A stretch of DNA of 64,000 nucleotides, taken from NCBI RefSeq assembly GCF_044324875.1, contig NZ_CP172185.1. One strand, written 5' to 3'. The position numbers were made by a program, and so were the translations under genes. Below the pieces are notes generated by a model. The model saw nothing but the letters and a program-made list of their open reading frames with translations. It ran no database searches and had not been told where the DNA came from. Origin of the DNA: Escherichia coli (GTDB taxonomy: Bacteria; Pseudomonadota; Gammaproteobacteria; Enterobacterales; Enterobacteriaceae). Below are positions 48,635 through 61,663 of the stretch, one piece after another. Position 1 is the stretch's first letter; the number at the start of each line of letters is the position of its first letter.

Positions 48635-49346
48635 GTGCACAGAAAACCCCCAGCTAGGCTGGGGGTTCCGGAAAGCTTTCAGCTTTGAGCCAGTTATTAA
48701 AACCCCTTTTGATTTGTTAAAACACCTTGCGGTCTGGCAACTGCAAGTGTCAAACAAGAAATCAAAAGGGGGTCCCAATGGGGAACGAAAAGAGCTTAGC
48801 GCACACCCGATGGAACTGTAAATATCACATAGTATTTGCGCCAAAATACCGAAGACAGGTGTTCTACAGAGAGAAGCGTAGAGCAATAGGCTGTATTTTG
48901 AGAAAGCTGTGTGAGTGGAAAAGTGTACGGATTCTGGAAGCTGAATGCTGTGCAGATCATATCCATATGCTTGTGGAGATCCCGCCCAAAATGAGCGTAT
49001 CAGGCTTTATGGGATATCTGAAAGGGAAAAGCAGTCTGATGCTTTACGAGCAGTTTGGTGATTTGAAATTCAAATACAGGAACAGGGAGTTCTGGTGCAG
49101 AGGGTATTACGTCGATACGGTGGGTAAGAACACGGCGAAGATACAGGATTACATAAAGCACCAGCTTGAAGAGGATAAAATGGGAGAGCAGTTATCGATT
49201 CCCTATCCGGGCAGCCCGTTTACGGGCCGTAAGTAACGAAGTTGGATGCAAATGTCAGATCGTGTGCGCCTGTTAGGGCGCGGCTGGTAAGAGAGCCTTA
49301 TAGGCGCATTTGAAAAACCTCCGGCTATGCCGGAGGATATTTATTC
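48635..49346 (+). mobile_element. IS200-family insertion sequence, copy 2, inside the ompF upstream regulatory region
   Basis: Identical to copy 1; left end abuts AATCCGCA-ttcttatt-GCGGATT hairpin plus T-run. Confidence 0.9.
48778..49236 (+). CDS. tnpA: IS200 transposase TnpA
   Basis: Protein identical to the copy-1 TnpA. Confidence 0.92.
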   Translation: MGNEKSLAHTRWNCKYHIVFAPKYRRQVFYREKRRAIGCILRKLCEWKSVRILEAECCADHIHMLVEIPPKMSVSGFMGYLKGKSSLMLYEQFGDLKFKYRNREFWCRGYYVDTVGKNTAKIQDYIKHQLEEDKMGEQLSIPYPGSPFTGRK

Positions 49347-49552
49347 TTAGCTGATAGCACAATTTTCATACTATTTTTTGGCGTTCTGGATGTCTGAACG
49401 AGGATTTAGTGCCAGGTCGATAAAGTTTCCATCAGAAACAAAATTTCCGTTTAGTTAATTTAAATATAATGAAATCATATAAATAGATAAATATTGCTGT
49501 AAATATCATCACGCTTCTATGGAAATATGACGGTGTTCACAAAGTTCCTTAA

Positions 49553-49660
49553 ATTTTACTTTTGGTTACATATTTTTTCTTTTTGAAACCAAACCTTTAT
49601 CTTTGTAGCACTTTCACGGTAGCGAAACGTTAGTTTGAATGGAAAGATGCCTGCAGACAC
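49553..49660 (+). promoter_or_regulatory. ompF proximal OmpR sites (F1-F3) and core promoter
   Basis: TTTTACTTTTGGTTACATATTTTTTCTTTTTGAAACCAAA direct-repeat OmpR half-sites, about 110 bp of leader before the ATG at 49765. Confidence 0.6.
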
Positions 49661-49764
49661 ATAAAGACACCAAACTCTCATCAATAGTTCCGTAAATTTT
49701 TATTGACAGAACTTATTGACGGCAGTGGCAGGTGTCATAAAAAAAACCATGAGGGTAATAAATA

Positions 49765-50853
49765 ATGATGAAGCGCAATATTCTGGCAGTGATCGTCCCT
49801 GCTCTGTTAGTAGCAGGTACTGCAAACGCTGCAGAAATCTATAACAAAGATGGCAACAAAGTAGATCTGTACGGTAAAGCTGTCGGTCTGCATTATTTCT
49901 CCAAGGGTAACGGTGAAAACAGTTACGGTGGCAATGGTGACATGACCTATGCCCGTCTTGGTTTTAAAGGGGAAACTCAAATCAATTCCGATCTGACCGG
50001 TTATGGTCAGTGGGAATATAACTTCCAGGGTAACAACTCTGAAGGCGCTGACGCTCAAACTGGTAACAAAACGCGTCTGGCATTCGCGGGTCTTAAATAC
50101 GCTGACGTTGGTTCTTTCGATTACGGCCGTAACTACGGTGTGGTTTATGATGCACTGGGTTACACCGATATGCTGCCAGAATTTGGTGGTGATACTGCAT
50201 ACAGCGATGACTTCTTCGTTGGTCGTGTTGGCGGCGTTGCTACCTATCGTAACTCCAACTTCTTTGGTCTGGTTGATGGCCTGAACTTCGCTGTTCAGTA
50301 CCTGGGTAAAAATGAGCGTGACACTGCACGCCGCTCTAACGGCGACGGTGTTGGCGGTTCTATCAGCTACGAATACGAAGGCTTTGGTATCGTTGGTGCT
50401 TATGGCGCCGCTGACCGTACCAACCTGCAAGAAGCTCAACCTCTTGGCAACGGTAAAAAAGCTGAACAGTGGGCTACTGGTCTGAAGTATGACGCGAACA
50501 ACATCTACCTGGCAGCGAACTACGGTGAAACCCGTAACGCTACGCCGATCACTAATAAATTTACAAACATCAGCGGCTTCGCCAACAAAACGCAAGACGT
50601 TCTGTTAGTTGCGCAATACCAGTTCGATTTCGGTCTGCGTCCGTCCATCGCTTACACCAAATCTAAAGCGAAAGACGTAGAAGGTATCGGTGATGTTGAT
50701 CTGGTGAACTACTTTGAAGTGGGAGCAACCTACTACTTCAACAAAAACATGTCCACCTATGTTGACTACATCATCAACCAGATCGATTCTGACAACAAAC
50801 TGGGCGTAGGTTCTGACGACACCGTTGCTGTGGGTATCGTTTACCAGTTCTAA
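49765..50853 (+). CDS. ompF: Outer membrane porin OmpF
   Basis: 362-aa ORF, signal peptide [23 protein letters not shown]-terminal VAVGIVYQF. Confidence 0.95.
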   Translation: MMKRNILAVIVPALLVAGTANAAEIYNKDGNKVDLYGKAVGLHYFSKGNGENSYGGNGDMTYARLGFKGETQINSDLTGYGQWEYNFQGNNSEGADAQTGNKTRLAFAGLKYADVGSFDYGRNYGVVYDALGYTDMLPEFGGDTAYSDDFFVGRVGGVATYRNSNFFGLVDGLNFAVQYLGKNERDTARRSNGDGVGGSISYEYEGFGIVGAYGAADRTNLQEAQPLGNGKKAEQWATGLKYDANNIYLAANYGETRNATPITNKFTNISGFANKTQDVLLVAQYQFDFGLRPSIAYTKSKAKDVEGIGDVDLVNYFEVGATYYFNKNMSTYVDYIINQIDSDNKLGVGSDDTVAVGIVYQF

Positions 50854-50879
50854 TAGCACACCTCTTTGTTAAATGCCGA

Positions 50880-50908
50880 AAAAACAGGACTTTGGTCCTG
50901 TTTTTTTT
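50880..50908 (+). terminator. ompF rho-independent terminator
   Basis: AAAACAGGAC-tttg-GTCCTGTTTTTTTT. Confidence 0.8.
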
Positions 50909-51037
50909 ATGCCTTCCAGAGCAATCTCACGTCTTGCAAAAACAGCCTGCGTTTTCATCAGTAATAGTTGGAATTTTGTAAATCTCCCGTTACCCTGATA
51001 GCGGACTTCCCTTCTGTAACCATAATGGAACCTCGTC

Positions 51038-52228
51038 ATGTTTGAGAACATTACCGCCGCTCCTGCCGACCCGATTCTGGGCCTGGCCGATCTGTTTCGT
51101 GCCGATGAACGTCCCGGCAAAATTAACCTCGGGATTGGTGTCTATAAAGATGAGACGGGCAAAACCCCGGTACTGACCAGTGTGAAAAAGGCTGAACAGT
51201 ATCTGCTCGAAAATGAAACCACCAAAAATTACCTCGGCATTGACGGCATCCCTGAATTTGGTCGCTGCACTCAGGAACTGCTGTTTGGTAAAGGTAGCGC
51301 CCTGATCAATGACAAACGTGCTCGCACGGCACAGACTCCGGGTGGCACTGGCGCACTACGCGTGGCTGCCGATTTCCTGGCAAAAAATACCAGCGTTAAG
51401 CGTGTGTGGGTGAGCAACCCAAGCTGGCCGAACCATAAGAGCGTCTTTAACTCTGCAGGTCTGGAAGTTCGTGAATACGCTTATTATGATGCGGAAAATC
51501 ACACCCTTGACTTCGATGCACTGATTAACAGCCTGAACGAAGCTCAGGCTGGCGACGTAGTGCTGTTCCATGGCTGCTGCCATAACCCAACCGGTATCGA
51601 CCCTACGCTGGAACAATGGCAGACACTGGCACAACTTTCCGTTGAGAAAGGCTGGTTACCGCTGTTTGACTTCGCTTACCAGGGTTTTGCCCGTGGTCTG
51701 GAAGAAGATGCTGAAGGACTGCGCGCTTTCGCGGCTATGCATAAAGAGCTGATTGTTGCCAGTTCCTACTCTAAAAACTTTGGCCTGTACAACGAGCGTG
51801 TTGGCGCTTGTACTCTGGTTGCTGCCGACAGTGAAACCGTTGATCGCGCATTCAGCCAAATGAAAGCGGCGATTCGCGCTAACTACTCTAACCCACCAGC
51901 ACACGGCGCTTCTGTTGTTGCCACCATCCTGAGCAACGATGCATTACGTGCGATTTGGGAACAAGAGCTGACTGATATGCGCCAGCGTATTCAGCGTATG
52001 CGTCAGTTGTTCGTCAATACGCTGCAGGAAAAAGGCGCAAACCGCGACTTCAGCTTTATCATCAAACAGAACGGCATGTTCTCCTTCAGTGGTCTGACAA
52101 AAGAACAAGTGCTGCGTCTGCGCGAAGAGTTTGGCGTGTATGCTGTTGCTTCTGGTCGTGTGAACGTAGCCGGGATGACACCAGATAACATGGCTCCGCT
52201 GTGCGAAGCGATTGTGGCAGTGCTGTAA
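51038..52228 (+). CDS. aspC: Aspartate aminotransferase
   Basis: 396-aa [26 protein letters not shown]; PLP-lysine motif SYSKNFGLY. Confidence 0.95.
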   Translation: MFENITAAPADPILGLADLFRADERPGKINLGIGVYKDETGKTPVLTSVKKAEQYLLENETTKNYLGIDGIPEFGRCTQELLFGKGSALINDKRARTAQTPGGTGALRVAADFLAKNTSVKRVWVSNPSWPNHKSVFNSAGLEVREYAYYDAENHTLDFDALINSLNEAQAGDVVLFHGCCHNPTGIDPTLEQWQTLAQLSVEKGWLPLFDFAYQGFARGLEEDAEGLRAFAAMHKELIVASSYSKNFGLYNERVGACTLVAADSETVDRAFSQMKAAIRANYSNPPAHGASVVATILSNDALRAIWEQELTDMRQRIQRMRQLFVNTLQEKGANRDFSFIIKQNGMFSFSGLTKEQVLRLREEFGVYAVASGRVNVAGMTPDNMAPLCEAIVAVL

Positions 52229-52240
52229 GCGTTAAAAACA

Positions 52241-52270
52241 ATGAAGCCCGCTTAAAAAGCGGGCTTTTTT
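52241..52270. terminator. Bidirectional terminator between aspC and gloC
   Basis: AAGCCCGC-ttaaaaa-GCGGGCTT with flanking T-run. Confidence 0.75.
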
Positions 52271-52278
52271 ATGCGCCT

Positions 52279-52926
52279 TTACCAGACGGGCATTTCGTCT
52301 TGCAGGAAGGGATTATGCAGGCGCTCATAACCAAGTGTGGATAATGGTCCGTGACCCGGAATAAATGTCACGTCATCCCCCAGTGGCAGCAATTTATCTT
52401 TGATTGAAGAAATCAGTTGATTATGATCGCCACGCGGGAAGTCACTGCGCCCTACTCCACCTTTGAAAATAACATCGCCAGAAATCAGCAGCTTTGCCCG
52501 ATCATCAAAAAATACGACATGACCCGGCGTATGCCCAGGGCAATGTAACACCTGTAAAGCCACATTCCCTATGCTGATGGTATCGCCTTCGTTCAGCCAA
52601 CGATCTGGCGTCAGCGGCTGGCACTCTTCCAGACCAAACATACGACTTTGCGCAGGCAAGCCTTGCAGCCAGAACTCATCTTCTTTTTCCGGGCCAAAAA
52701 CCGGCACGCCGTAATGTTGCGCCAGTTCCGCCGCTGCGCCAACGTGGTCCAGATGACCATGCGTCAGCAGGATCTGCATCAGTGTCAGGCCGCTGGCATC
52801 AACTTCCTGTTTGATTTTTTCCGCATCGCCGCCAGGATCGACCAGTGCGGCCAGTCGGGTTTGTTCACACCAGATCAATGAACAGTTCTGGGAGAATGCG
52901 GTGACCGGAATAATACGATAGTTCAT
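52279..52926 (-). CDS. gloC: Metallo-beta-lactamase fold hydroxyacylglutathione hydrolase
   Basis: 215-aa ORF with THGHLDH metal-binding motif. Confidence 0.88.
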   Translation of the reverse strand: MNYRIIPVTAFSQNCSLIWCEQTRLAALVDPGGDAEKIKQEVDASGLTLMQILLTHGHLDHVGAAAELAQHYGVPVFGPEKEDEFWLQGLPAQSRMFGLEECQPLTPDRWLNEGDTISIGNVALQVLHCPGHTPGHVVFFDDRAKLLISGDVIFKGGVGRSDFPRGDHNQLISSIKDKLLPLGDDVTFIPGHGPLSTLGYERLHNPFLQDEMPVW

Positions 52927-52952
52927 ACTGCCCCTGTTTCGTTAAGCGATTG

Positions 52953-53501
52953 CTACCAGTGCCGTGCTGGCCCGGTATCAATATGCACAAAGTTACTACG
53001 TGGGTAATATCCTACACCACCTGCGCGCATAGATAACGCGGCTTTGCGAATATTGCTTAACGCGATACCTTCAATATGGAAATCCATCGCCTGCCCTTTC
53101 GTGTGATAGCTTTTCTTCGCTACTCCACGGCTGCGGGCGCGTAGTTCATTGTTGGTATCAATGGAACGATAACCGGAAATGAGTTGCACCGGTTTGCGGG
53201 TGCCTAACAACCCTTGCAGGCGATACAACTGGTCGAATAATCCTGGGTCGATGGACTTTATTTTGTTCGCGCGGTAATCGCGGAAAAAATGGTTAAGTTT
53301 TGCCAATTCTTCCTGAATATAGCCTCTGCCATCGAAAAACTCCGCTTTGATTGACTCTCCGGTATGAAGATTATTGAGTGTCAAAATGCGCGGGCGTGGG
53401 GTAGAGAGTGTTGCAAACGCAGGGGTCGGCAGGATGGCGGCACCGAGTGCAACGCCACCAAGCGCCAGCAGTTTGCGGCGATTAGCGTCGAATTTGTCCA
53501 T
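52953..53501 (-). CDS. mepK: Peptidoglycan LD-endopeptidase (peptidase M15 family), Tat signal
   Basis: Start at MDKFDANRRKLLALGGVALGAA; ORF 52953..53510. Confidence 0.85.
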   Translation of the reverse strand: MDKFDANRRKLLALGGVALGAAILPTPAFATLSTPRPRILTLNNLHTGESIKAEFFDGRGYIQEELAKLNHFFRDYRANKIKSIDPGLFDQLYRLQGLLGTRKPVQLISGYRSIDTNNELRARSRGVAKKSYHTKGQAMDFHIEGIALSNIRKAALSMRAGGVGYYPRSNFVHIDTGPARHW

Positions 53502-53681
53502 GATAATCAAGTCTACAGGTCAATGTTATCGTTTATATGCACTTCTGGCGCACAAGAGGCACCTTAACCGTCAGTAAAGCTGACGTCAAGATGACTCAAC
53601 CCCAGCAGTGACGGGGGCTGCAGAGAATCGCCCCCGATCATGCTAATTATTACGACAACTGATTTCCCCGAACTGCTTCAT

Positions 53682-55529
53682 TTACCTGATTAATTGTTCC
53701 GCTTTCGATACGATTTGCGAGCTGGATCGCGCAGGCAGATCATAATTGTAAATATCTGTACGATACTGGGTACGACCATCTGCACCAACAAAGGCAGTCA
53801 GGTAGTAGAGATTCACCGGAATCGACTGCCGAATATTGACGTAACGCGTATCGCCCTGCTTCAGCGCATCAGAAATACGTTTGTCATTCCATCCTGCATC
53901 CTGCAACAGCATATTCGCCAGATCAGAAGCTTTATTCACTCGTACACAGCCTGAGCTCAATGCGCGTGTATCACGCTTGAACAGATTGTGGTTCGGCGTG
54001 TCATGCAAATAAATGGCCTCTGAACTCGGCATATTGAATTTATAGCGCCCCAGCGAGTTCCGTGGGCCTGGAGCCTGCTGGAAGCGAAACGGTAAATTCG
54101 AGGCCGTGATTGTAGACCAGTCAACCTGCCATGGGTCAATCGCTTCTCTGCTGTTCCAGCCGCGCATCACCGTATAGCCATGGCTTTCGAGATATCCCGG
54201 ATCGTTGCGCACTTTCGGCAGAATATCTTTGCGTGCCAGAGTTGGTGGTACGTTCCACGGCGGGTTTACCACTACGTTGTTAAGTGCACTGCTCATCATC
54301 GGCGTTTTGCGATCGGGGCGACCGACAATGACTCGCGAATCCAGCACCTGATTGCCGTTCTGATAGTAGACCAGCGAATAGGCCGGAATGTTAACCATGA
54401 TCCCGGTAGAAAGCTCTGTTGGCAGCAAGCGCAATCGCTGGATGTTGAGTGCCAACACGCCAGCACGCTGGGCGGGCGTTACGTTTAACCAGTCACGCGT
54501 TGCCGGGCCAATAGCGCCATCTGCTCCCAATCCTTGCCATGCCTGAAAACGTTTAACGGCTTCCACCAGTTCATTATCGTAGGCGGCACGAACGGCAGGC
54601 GCAGGTTTACTACGAGACGTCGTTTGCTTGTCCATCGGCTTAGTTTCTGCTGTTTCAACAGTAACAGCGGATGGGCTGACTACCGTGTCAGTTGGCGTGT
54701 CATCGCCAGGTAGAGTAATTTTCGGCCCCCCGTCCAACATGCCTGTGCGTTGCAATATTTCGCGCAACGCCGGTACGTCGTTACTCCACTGCCCTGGGCG
54801 CAACGTTGCTTTACCGGTCAGTTGAGGCCACGGTTTGGTGTCACTGAGTAAGGCCAGTAACGATTCATGCATCGCCGCATATTGCGGATGCTGCGGTGCC
54901 AGTCCTGCAACAAACGTCGGCAATTGACCTTTATCCAGCGCCAGCTGCCATTGGTTAATCACCGAAAGCGGCGGCGTTGCAAGCGCATAAGGTTTACTGC
55001 TATATAGCCAGCGAGTGCCTTTGACCGGAATATTTGCAATGAAATGGAGATAGCCCATCATCGCATCAGAGAGCACGACGTCGCGTGCCATCCCGTTAAC
55101 ACCAGGATCGGTCAGTAACTCTACCCATTTATTAAACTGCGGCTGGAAACCGGCAATCGCCACCTCGGCCAGCTGTTGCTGGAAGGCTTTAACAGCATCA
55201 CGGTTTTCCCACATGGGTTGCATATCGCGTGCGGCATACAACAGTTGAAGCTGGTTAAGATAAACCGGCTTGTAACCTGCGGGTAATTGAGATTCGATTT
55301 GCGTGCGGGCTTTTTCTGCCGCACCTTCAGGCAATGGCTGGATCCCCGCCATTATTGCCGTGGCTTGCGCCTGCGGCAGTGCCTCGCCCTGTTCACTGAC
55401 AGCCACCGGGCTGTCGCCAGGGATTACTTCAGGCTCATCGGCCTGCGCATTGAACAGTGGAGCGAATGTTACGGCCAGGCACAAACTGATTGCCGACAGC
55501 CGACGACCACACATCATATTAAGCAACAT
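53682..55529 (-). CDS. ldtD: L,D-transpeptidase LdtD (YcbB)
   Basis: 615-aa ORF with signal peptide, PG-binding domain and YkuD catalytic domain (HDTPNHNLF...SSGCVRV). Confidence 0.92.
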   Translation of the reverse strand: MLLNMMCGRRLSAISLCLAVTFAPLFNAQADEPEVIPGDSPVAVSEQGEALPQAQATAIMAGIQPLPEGAAEKARTQIESQLPAGYKPVYLNQLQLLYAARDMQPMWENRDAVKAFQQQLAEVAIAGFQPQFNKWVELLTDPGVNGMARDVVLSDAMMGYLHFIANIPVKGTRWLYSSKPYALATPPLSVINQWQLALDKGQLPTFVAGLAPQHPQYAAMHESLLALLSDTKPWPQLTGKATLRPGQWSNDVPALREILQRTGMLDGGPKITLPGDDTPTDTVVSPSAVTVETAETKPMDKQTTSRSKPAPAVRAAYDNELVEAVKRFQAWQGLGADGAIGPATRDWLNVTPAQRAGVLALNIQRLRLLPTELSTGIMVNIPAYSLVYYQNGNQVLDSRVIVGRPDRKTPMMSSALNNVVVNPPWNVPPTLARKDILPKVRNDPGYLESHGYTVMRGWNSREAIDPWQVDWSTITASNLPFRFQQAPGPRNSLGRYKFNMPSSEAIYLHDTPNHNLFKRDTRALSSGCVRVNKASDLANMLLQDAGWNDKRISDALKQGDTRYVNIRQSIPVNLYYLTAFVGADGRTQYRTDIYNYDLPARSSSQIVSKAEQLIR

Positions 55530-55754
55530 CCCTTGCCCCCTGTTTTTATCATACTCTGAATAGCCAGGCTGTTATTTTACGACTTACCTGTACAACGCCA
55601 ATACTCACGAAAGTATGACGAGCAAGCCTGTTACTCATCAGGCTTATCTTCAGTATATAAACGCCGATACGTTTTTACATAACCTAATGTAAAGAAGTTT
55701 AAAGAAAAGCGCGCCGTAATGTGCCACTTTTTTAGTGCAGAAACGGAGTTTTCG

Positions 55755-56466
55755 GAATAAATATCCTCCGGCATAGCCGGAGGTTTTTCAAATGCGCCTA
55801 TAAGGCTCTCTTACCAGCCGCGCCCTAACAGGCGCACACGATCTGACATTTGCATCCAACTTCGTTACTTACGGCCCGTAAACGGGCTGCCCGGATAGGG
55901 AATCGATAACTGCTCTCCCATTTTATCCTCTTCAAGCTGGTGCTTTATGTAATCCTGTATCTTCGCCGTGTTCTTACCCACCGTATCGACGTAATACCCT
56001 CTGCACCAGAACTCCCTGTTCCTGTATTTGAATTTCAAATCACCAAACTGCTCGTAAAGCATCAGACTGCTTTTCCCTTTCAGATATCCCATAAAGCCTG
56101 ATACGCTCATTTTGGGCGGGATCTCCACAAGCATATGGATATGATCTGCACAGCATTCAGCTTCCAGAATCCGTACACTTTTCCACTCACACAGCTTTCT
56201 CAAAATACAGCCTATTGCTCTACGCTTCTCTCTGTAGAACACCTGTCTTCGGTATTTTGGCGCAAATACTATGTGATATTTACAGTTCCATCGGGTGTGC
56301 GCTAAGCTCTTTTCGTTCCCCATTGGGACCCCCTTTTGATTTCTTGTTTGACACTTGCAGTTGCCAGACCGCAAGGTGTTTTAACAAATCAAAAGGGGTT
56401 TTAATAACTGGCTCAAAGCTGAAAGCTTTCCGGAACCCCCAGCCTAGCTGGGGGTTTTCTGTGCAC
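55755..56466 (-). mobile_element. IS200-family insertion sequence, copy 3 (inverted)
   Basis: Reverse complement identical to copies 1 and 2; left end abuts the mukB terminator T-run. Confidence 0.9.
55865..56323 (-). CDS. tnpA: IS200 transposase TnpA
   Basis: Protein identical to the copy-1 and copy-2 TnpA. Confidence 0.92.
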   Translation of the reverse strand: MGNEKSLAHTRWNCKYHIVFAPKYRRQVFYREKRRAIGCILRKLCEWKSVRILEAECCADHIHMLVEIPPKMSVSGFMGYLKGKSSLMLYEQFGDLKFKYRNREFWCRGYYVDTVGKNTAKIQDYIKHQLEEDKMGEQLSIPYPGSPFTGRK

Positions 56467-56494
56467 AAAGAAAAGGCGGCATTGCTGCCGCCTT
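56466..56494 (-). terminator. mukB rho-independent terminator
   Basis: On the minus strand AAGGCGGCAGCAATGCCGCCTT followed by TTCTTT, immediately 3' of the mukB stop. Confidence 0.7.
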
Positions 56495-56498
56495 CATT

Positions 56499-59400
56499 TT
56501 AACTCGCTTGGGAAGGCACTTCGTCACTTCCAGGAAGCGTTTCAGGGAGTTGCGGCGCAAATCCTCGCAGGCCGACGACGTGAACGTGTTCGGTATTCTG
56601 GAAGACTTTACGCACCAGTTTATAGGTGGTGCCTTTTTCCGGACTGATATTTTCCGGCGCTGCGATGATGAGCTGCATTTGCAAACGTTCACACAATTCA
56701 AACAGCGTGGCGATAGAACGAGCATCCAGTCGCGCTGCTTCATCGAGGAACAGCAGGCGGCAAGGAGAGATATCTTTACCGCGCAGGCGGCGAGATTCAT
56801 CTTCCCAGCTTTGTACCACCATCACCAGAATCGACATACCGGTACCAATCGCCTCACCGGTCGACAATGCACCAGACTCTGCGCGCAACCAGCCATCAGA
56901 ACCACGGTTAACCTCAACTTCCATTTCCAGATAGTTGCGGTAATCCAGCAGTTCTTCGCCAATGGTCTGCGGCGTGCGCTGCCCCATATCAATCTGCGGA
57001 TTAAGACGCTGATACAATTTCGCCAGCGCTTCCGAGAAGGTCAGACGGTTGCTGTTAAACAGATCCTGATGCTGCTCATGCTGTTCAGAGAGCACATCCA
57101 GCAGCATGGCGTGCGTTTCACGCACGTTCACGTTGAGGCGCACGCTGTTCACCTGACCAAACGATACGTTCTGCAACCCCTGGTTGAGCATACGGATACG
57201 GTTCTGCTCGCGCTGAATGGTTTTGCGAATGATGTTCGCCACGCTGCGGGAACTGATCGCCAGTTTCTGTTCGCGGGAGGTTAATTCTTCGGTCAGACGG
57301 CTAAGTTCGATCTCCATCTGTTCGATAGCTTCCACCGGATCATCGGTACGAATAATATCCTGACGAATACGTTCACGCAGATGCTGATAAACCGCCACGA
57401 AGAACTGAATTTTACGCTCCGGACGTTTCGGATCTTCCGACATGCGCAGCACGTCGCGCAGATGTTCGTTATCCGCCACCGCCAGACGCAGCGCACCTAA
57501 CGCCTTATCCGACATAGAGCGCAAATCATCAGCGGAGAGATAAGCCAGCTCACGACGGTGTAAGCGACGCTCAACGCCGTTATCTTTCACCATGCGCATG
57601 ACTGCACACCAGCCCGCTTTCGCGGTCACTACCTGCTCGCGCATCTCAAAGTAATCCCGCTCCAGCTTGCGCAGTTTGCGGGTCAGGTTGTCCATCTCTG
57701 CTTCGCAGAAGGTAAGCGCTTTTTCCAGTTGATTGCGGCGTGAACGGTTATTGCTCAGTTGCGCGTGCAACTCGTCACGGCGAATACGCGCCCGCTCTTC
57801 TGCCCCGCTATCAGCTCGCACGCCGATATCCTGCAATTCACGTTGCAGATCATTGAGTAGCTCTTTTTTGGTGTCGTAAGAACTTTTCAGCGAAGCCAGC
57901 ACCTGGTTGTACTGACTCAACTGCGCTGCGTGTCCGCGCAACGCTTCACGCGCGCGGGTACGCTCCGCTTCCGCCTGTTCCAGACGTTCACGCAGTTTTT
58001 CGTTGAGATCGCTGTTACCGCTAAGCATTTCTGCCGAGTCAGAGTAGCTAAAGTGCGCACGACGTTGCACCACTTCCGTCAGGGCAAACGCCTGCTGACG
58101 GGCATCGCGCTGCATCTGCTGAGAGTACGCGTAATCTTCTTTTAACTGTTCGAACTGTTCCGGGTCACTCTGCAATACCGAAACGATCGGTTCCAGTTTC
58201 GCCAGTTGATTACCGAACTGCTGAACAAAACGCGCGGCTTCCTGGGCTTCATCCAGACGTTCGCGGATTTCATCGACGCGATCCGCCAGGCTGTCATCAG
58301 CCAACAAGTTGAGACGCGGCAGAATGCGGTTCAGCGCCGTAACACCCTCTTTCGCCTGCTCAAACTGAATACGCTGCTGCTGGTTATCATTTTCATGATT
58401 ACTCAACGCCCGCTCCAGTTCGACGCGACGGCTGTTCAGTTGACGGATTTCTGCTTCCGGGTCAGACTCAAACGCCACCGCCAGATGACTACCTATAAAG
58501 CGGCTGAATGCCTGATGCAGACGCTGGGTTTTCTGTACATCAAAGGAGAGCGTGGCGAAGCGTTCGGAAAGCACTTCACGCTCGGCATGGAGGCTTTCAA
58601 TACGGCTTTCACGCGCAGCACGACCAAACAGCGGCACTTCCGGGAAACGTGAATAACGCCACTGACGATCGGCGATTTTCACCACTACCGCTTTTTCCAG
58701 CTCATCAACGCTGAACACGCTGTCATCGAATGACTGCGGATCCCCTTCGATCAGATAGAGATCTTCCGGGCAATCGGTCAAGCCTTCCAGGTGCTCGGTT
58801 ACCTGTGACAGATCTGGCACCACGATGGCGTGGCGTGACGGGCCATACAGTGCCGAGAAGTACGGCGCATCTTCCAGACTCACGTCGTCATAAATTTCGG
58901 ACAGCAGCACGCCGCCAAAACGCTCCGCCAGCGCATTCAAACGCTGGTCTTCAGAACCACCTGGCTGGCTTAAACGTTCGATCTCTTCATCGACGGCGTT
59001 TTTGCGCGCGCCTACTTCATCGCGTTCAACAATGGCTTCGCGCTCACGCTCCAGCAACTGTTGCAGATATTCGGTGACATCCTGGCTAGAGGAGAACTCT
59101 TCGCCGCACTGTTCGCTCAACTGGTTGAGGCTGTTTTGCGCAGCCAGCCAAACCGGCGCACGCTGCATCAAACTCTGAATGCGAGACTGCAGCTGTTCCT
59201 GTTCCTGGCGCAGAGCCATGCGCTCTTCACGGGCGTTAGACACGCTATCGGAAAGAGAGGCAATGCGTGCTTCCAGCTCCTGATGCAGAGCTTCCAGTTC
59301 ATCAATATCAAAATTCTTGCCCTGACGTTTGCAGAAATCTGCCAGCAGGCGTTCGGCTTCTTGCTGCTCGCGCAGACGCTGTTCCAGTTCGCTTAAGCGC

Positions 59401-60959
59401 ATCCGCAACGGTTGAACCTGCTCTGCCAGGTGACGCTGATCGACCCCTTCGCGCAATAGTTCGCGAGCGACATCCCACGCCTCGTTACGCGCCAGCGGGC
59501 CATTAATTGCCACCACCAGCTGATAAGCCTGCTCAAACTGGCTGTGTGCGGTTTGCGCCATGCTCATTTTCTGCTCAAGAGAGAGCATTTTTTCAGTCGC
59601 TTCCAGCTCTTTCGCCTGGAAGGTTTCCAGCCATTCGGCGGCGCTGTCGGCGGTTAAGTCCGGCAGATGGCACAGTTCTTTGGCACGATTAAGCGCAGCA
59701 ATCGCCTGGTTATACTGGATCGCGCGCGTTTGCTGGACGTCCAGCGCCTGCTGATAGTCAGCAAGCTGGCTTTTCAGCTCGTCCACTTCCAGTTCGGCAG
59801 CTTCCGCACGAGCCTCGTTCTCTTCCTGGCGTTCGATGGCTTCTGCCACCACTTCGTTTTGCTCTTCCAGACGGATCTGCAGCTCATCGAGATCCGCTTC
59901 GTAACGTTCGATCTTCTCCTGCTGACGCAGTGCGGTTTGCACCAGGTTCAGGTGATCGCTGGCCGCCTGATAATCTGCTTCCAGATCGCCTTCGGCACCG
60001 TTGTGCTCTGCCAGCTCACGCGCCATATCGACGTGTTTGTACTGCTCAGCCGCCAGTTGCTGACGCGAAGTGTGTAGCTCGCGACGAAATTCCAGGGCTT
60101 TGTCGAGATGGACACGGCGCTCGTTGGCGTGACGCATGTAGTCCGCCGCCACGTAGTTGGTGGCTTCGCTGATCAGATGCTTAAACAGGTCACGGTCCGA
60201 CTGGGTGACACGAATCGCTTCCAGCGTCATGCGGTTTTCGCGCAGCGCCGCTTCCATGTCCTGGAACGCTTTCCGCACGCCGCTGTTTTCCGGCAACAGG
60301 TAGTCGCGCAGAGAGCGCGTAATGGCGCTGGAGATCCCGCCGTACAGCGAAGCTTCGATCAGACGATAGAATTTGCTACGGTCAGACGCTGAGCGCAGAC
60401 GACGCGCGATGATGCCCAGATCGAACATCAGCGAGTGGTAATCGGTAATGGAGTTGAACTGCTTAAACTGCACGCCTTCCATCGCCTCGAGCTTGTCTTT
60501 CAGCTCGTTCAGCGGCAGTACACGCGCCTGGCGTTCGTTGAGGGTTTCGGTCACCAGCTGCGTCGGCAGCACCGACATCGGCAGGCCCTGAATGGCAAAC
60601 GGTTTGATATCGACTTTACGATCGCGTCCGGCAACCTGTTGCAAACGCACACCGACCACCACACGCTGGTGGCGCGAGTTAATGGTGTCGAGCATCGAAT
60701 AACAGACACCCGCTTTCAGCTTACCGTGCAGACCTTTATCGCGCGAACCGCTGGTGGCCCCGGCTTCCGTGGTGTTACGGAAATGCAGCAGGGTCAGGTC
60801 GGGGATCAGCGCCGTAACGAACGCCGCCATGGTGGTGGATTTACCCGCCCCGTTACCGCCGGAGAGCGTCGTAACCAGCTCATCGAGGTCAAAAGTTCGG
60901 GCAAAAAAGCCGTTCCAGTTAATCAGCGTCAGTGAGCGAAATTTACCGCGTTCAATCAT
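56499..60959 (-). CDS. mukB: Chromosome partition protein MukB (SMC-like condensin)
   Basis: 1486-aa [45 protein letters not shown] with long coiled coils. Confidence 0.96.
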   Translation of the reverse strand: MIERGKFRSLTLINWNGFFARTFDLDELVTTLSGGNGAGKSTTMAAFVTALIPDLTLLHFRNTTEAGATSGSRDKGLHGKLKAGVCYSMLDTINSRHQRVVVGVRLQQVAGRDRKVDIKPFAIQGLPMSVLPTQLVTETLNERQARVLPLNELKDKLEAMEGVQFKQFNSITDYHSLMFDLGIIARRLRSASDRSKFYRLIEASLYGGISSAITRSLRDYLLPENSGVRKAFQDMEAALRENRMTLEAIRVTQSDRDLFKHLISEATNYVAADYMRHANERRVHLDKALEFRRELHTSRQQLAAEQYKHVDMARELAEHNGAEGDLEADYQAASDHLNLVQTALRQQEKIERYEADLDELQIRLEEQNEVVAEAIERQEENEARAEAAELEVDELKSQLADYQQALDVQQTRAIQYNQAIAALNRAKELCHLPDLTADSAAEWLETFQAKELEATEKMLSLEQKMSMAQTAHSQFEQAYQLVVAINGPLARNEAWDVARELLREGVDQRHLAEQVQPLRMRLSELEQRLREQQEAERLLADFCKRQGKNFDIDELEALHQELEARIASLSDSVSNAREERMALRQEQEQLQSRIQSLMQRAPVWLAAQNSLNQLSEQCGEEFSSSQDVTEYLQQLLEREREAIVERDEVGARKNAVDEEIERLSQPGGSEDQRLNALAERFGGVLLSEIYDDVSLEDAPYFSALYGPSRHAIVVPDLSQVTEHLEGLTDCPEDLYLIEGDPQSFDDSVFSVDELEKAVVVKIADRQWRYSRFPEVPLFGRAARESRIESLHAEREVLSERFATLSFDVQKTQRLHQAFSRFIGSHLAVAFESDPEAEIRQLNSRRVELERALSNHENDNQQQRIQFEQAKEGVTALNRILPRLNLLADDSLADRVDEIRERLDEAQEAARFVQQFGNQLAKLEPIVSVLQSDPEQFEQLKEDYAYSQQMQRDARQQAFALTEVVQRRAHFSYSDSAEMLSGNSDLNEKLRERLEQAEAERTRAREALRGHAAQLSQYNQVLASLKSSYDTKKELLNDLQRELQDIGVRADSGAEERARIRRDELHAQLSNNRSRRNQLEKALTFCEAEMDNLTRKLRKLERDYFEMREQVVTAKAGWCAVMRMVKDNGVERRLHRRELAYLSADDLRSMSDKALGALRLAVADNEHLRDVLRMSEDPKRPERKIQFFVAVYQHLRERIRQDIIRTDDPVEAIEQMEIELSRLTEELTSREQKLAISSRSVANIIRKTIQREQNRIRMLNQGLQNVSFGQVNSVRLNVNVRETHAMLLDVLSEQHEQHQDLFNSNRLTFSEALAKLYQRLNPQIDMGQRTPQTIGEELLDYRNYLEMEVEVNRGSDGWLRAESGALSTGEAIGTGMSILVMVVQSWEDESRRLRGKDISPCRLLFLDEAARLDARSIATLFELCERLQMQLIIAAPENISPEKGTTYKLVRKVFQNTEHVHVVGLRGFAPQLPETLPGSDEVPSQAS

Positions 60960-61663
60960 TATTCTTCCTCTCCGCTATCTGGCTGACTCTCTTCGGTTTC
61001 ATCGTTGAGTTGCAGATGATTTTCAATCGGCATTGCTTCGCCATCACGAATCAGGCGACGCTGTGCTTCACGGGGATCGTCGCCAGCACGCACATCGGCT
61101 CCGAAGCGGAACACCGATTCGGTAATGCGGAACTTGCTGCTGTCGTGGCCCATAAACCACACCATACCCAAACGACGCAGACGGTTGAGCGAAGAACGTA
61201 CTTTTTCCTGCAACTTCTGGCGGTCAACGTCTGAACCGGTTGAACGGTTGTTCACCAGTTTCAGCAGTTTCGCTTCATCGGCCAGGGTGAGCAGTTCGTC
61301 GTACAGTTCCTGCTGGGTGAAAATCCCCTCGTTCGCCAGCCGTTCCGGGCTGAGATAGAGATAACAGAGGATTTTCCCGACCATCATATCCAGTTCCGAC
61401 AAGACGGAACGCGGGATAAGAGTGGTGGAACGTGGGCGTAAATAGAAGAACCCTTCCGGTGCACGAATAAGCTCAACGTTATAACGCGCGTAAAACTCTT
61501 CCAGATATTCCTGAAAATCCATCAGGAATGCATGATTATCCAGTTCGTCGAGGCCAATATGGCGGCCTGAACGTAAGGCGCTATCCAGCGCCGGAAATAA
61601 CGGATTCGCCAGCGCCTGCGCCAGCTTAACCGGCATCACTTGTTCAATATTTGTCGATGACAT
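60959..61663 (-). CDS. mukE: Chromosome partition protein MukE
   Basis: 234-aa product from [23 protein letters not shown], acidic C-terminus; TAATG overlap with the mukB start. Confidence 0.9.

Noticed and set aside
49807-50595. 262-aa ORF antisense to ompF
   Set aside because: Shadow ORF inside a highly expressed porin gene; low-complexity translation, no independent support.
56508-57284. 258-aa ORF, and several further 60-170-aa ORFs, antisense to mukB
   Set aside because: All lie within the 4.4-kb mukB coding sequence on the opposite strand, with Arg/Gln-rich translations typical of antisense coiled-coil coding DNA.
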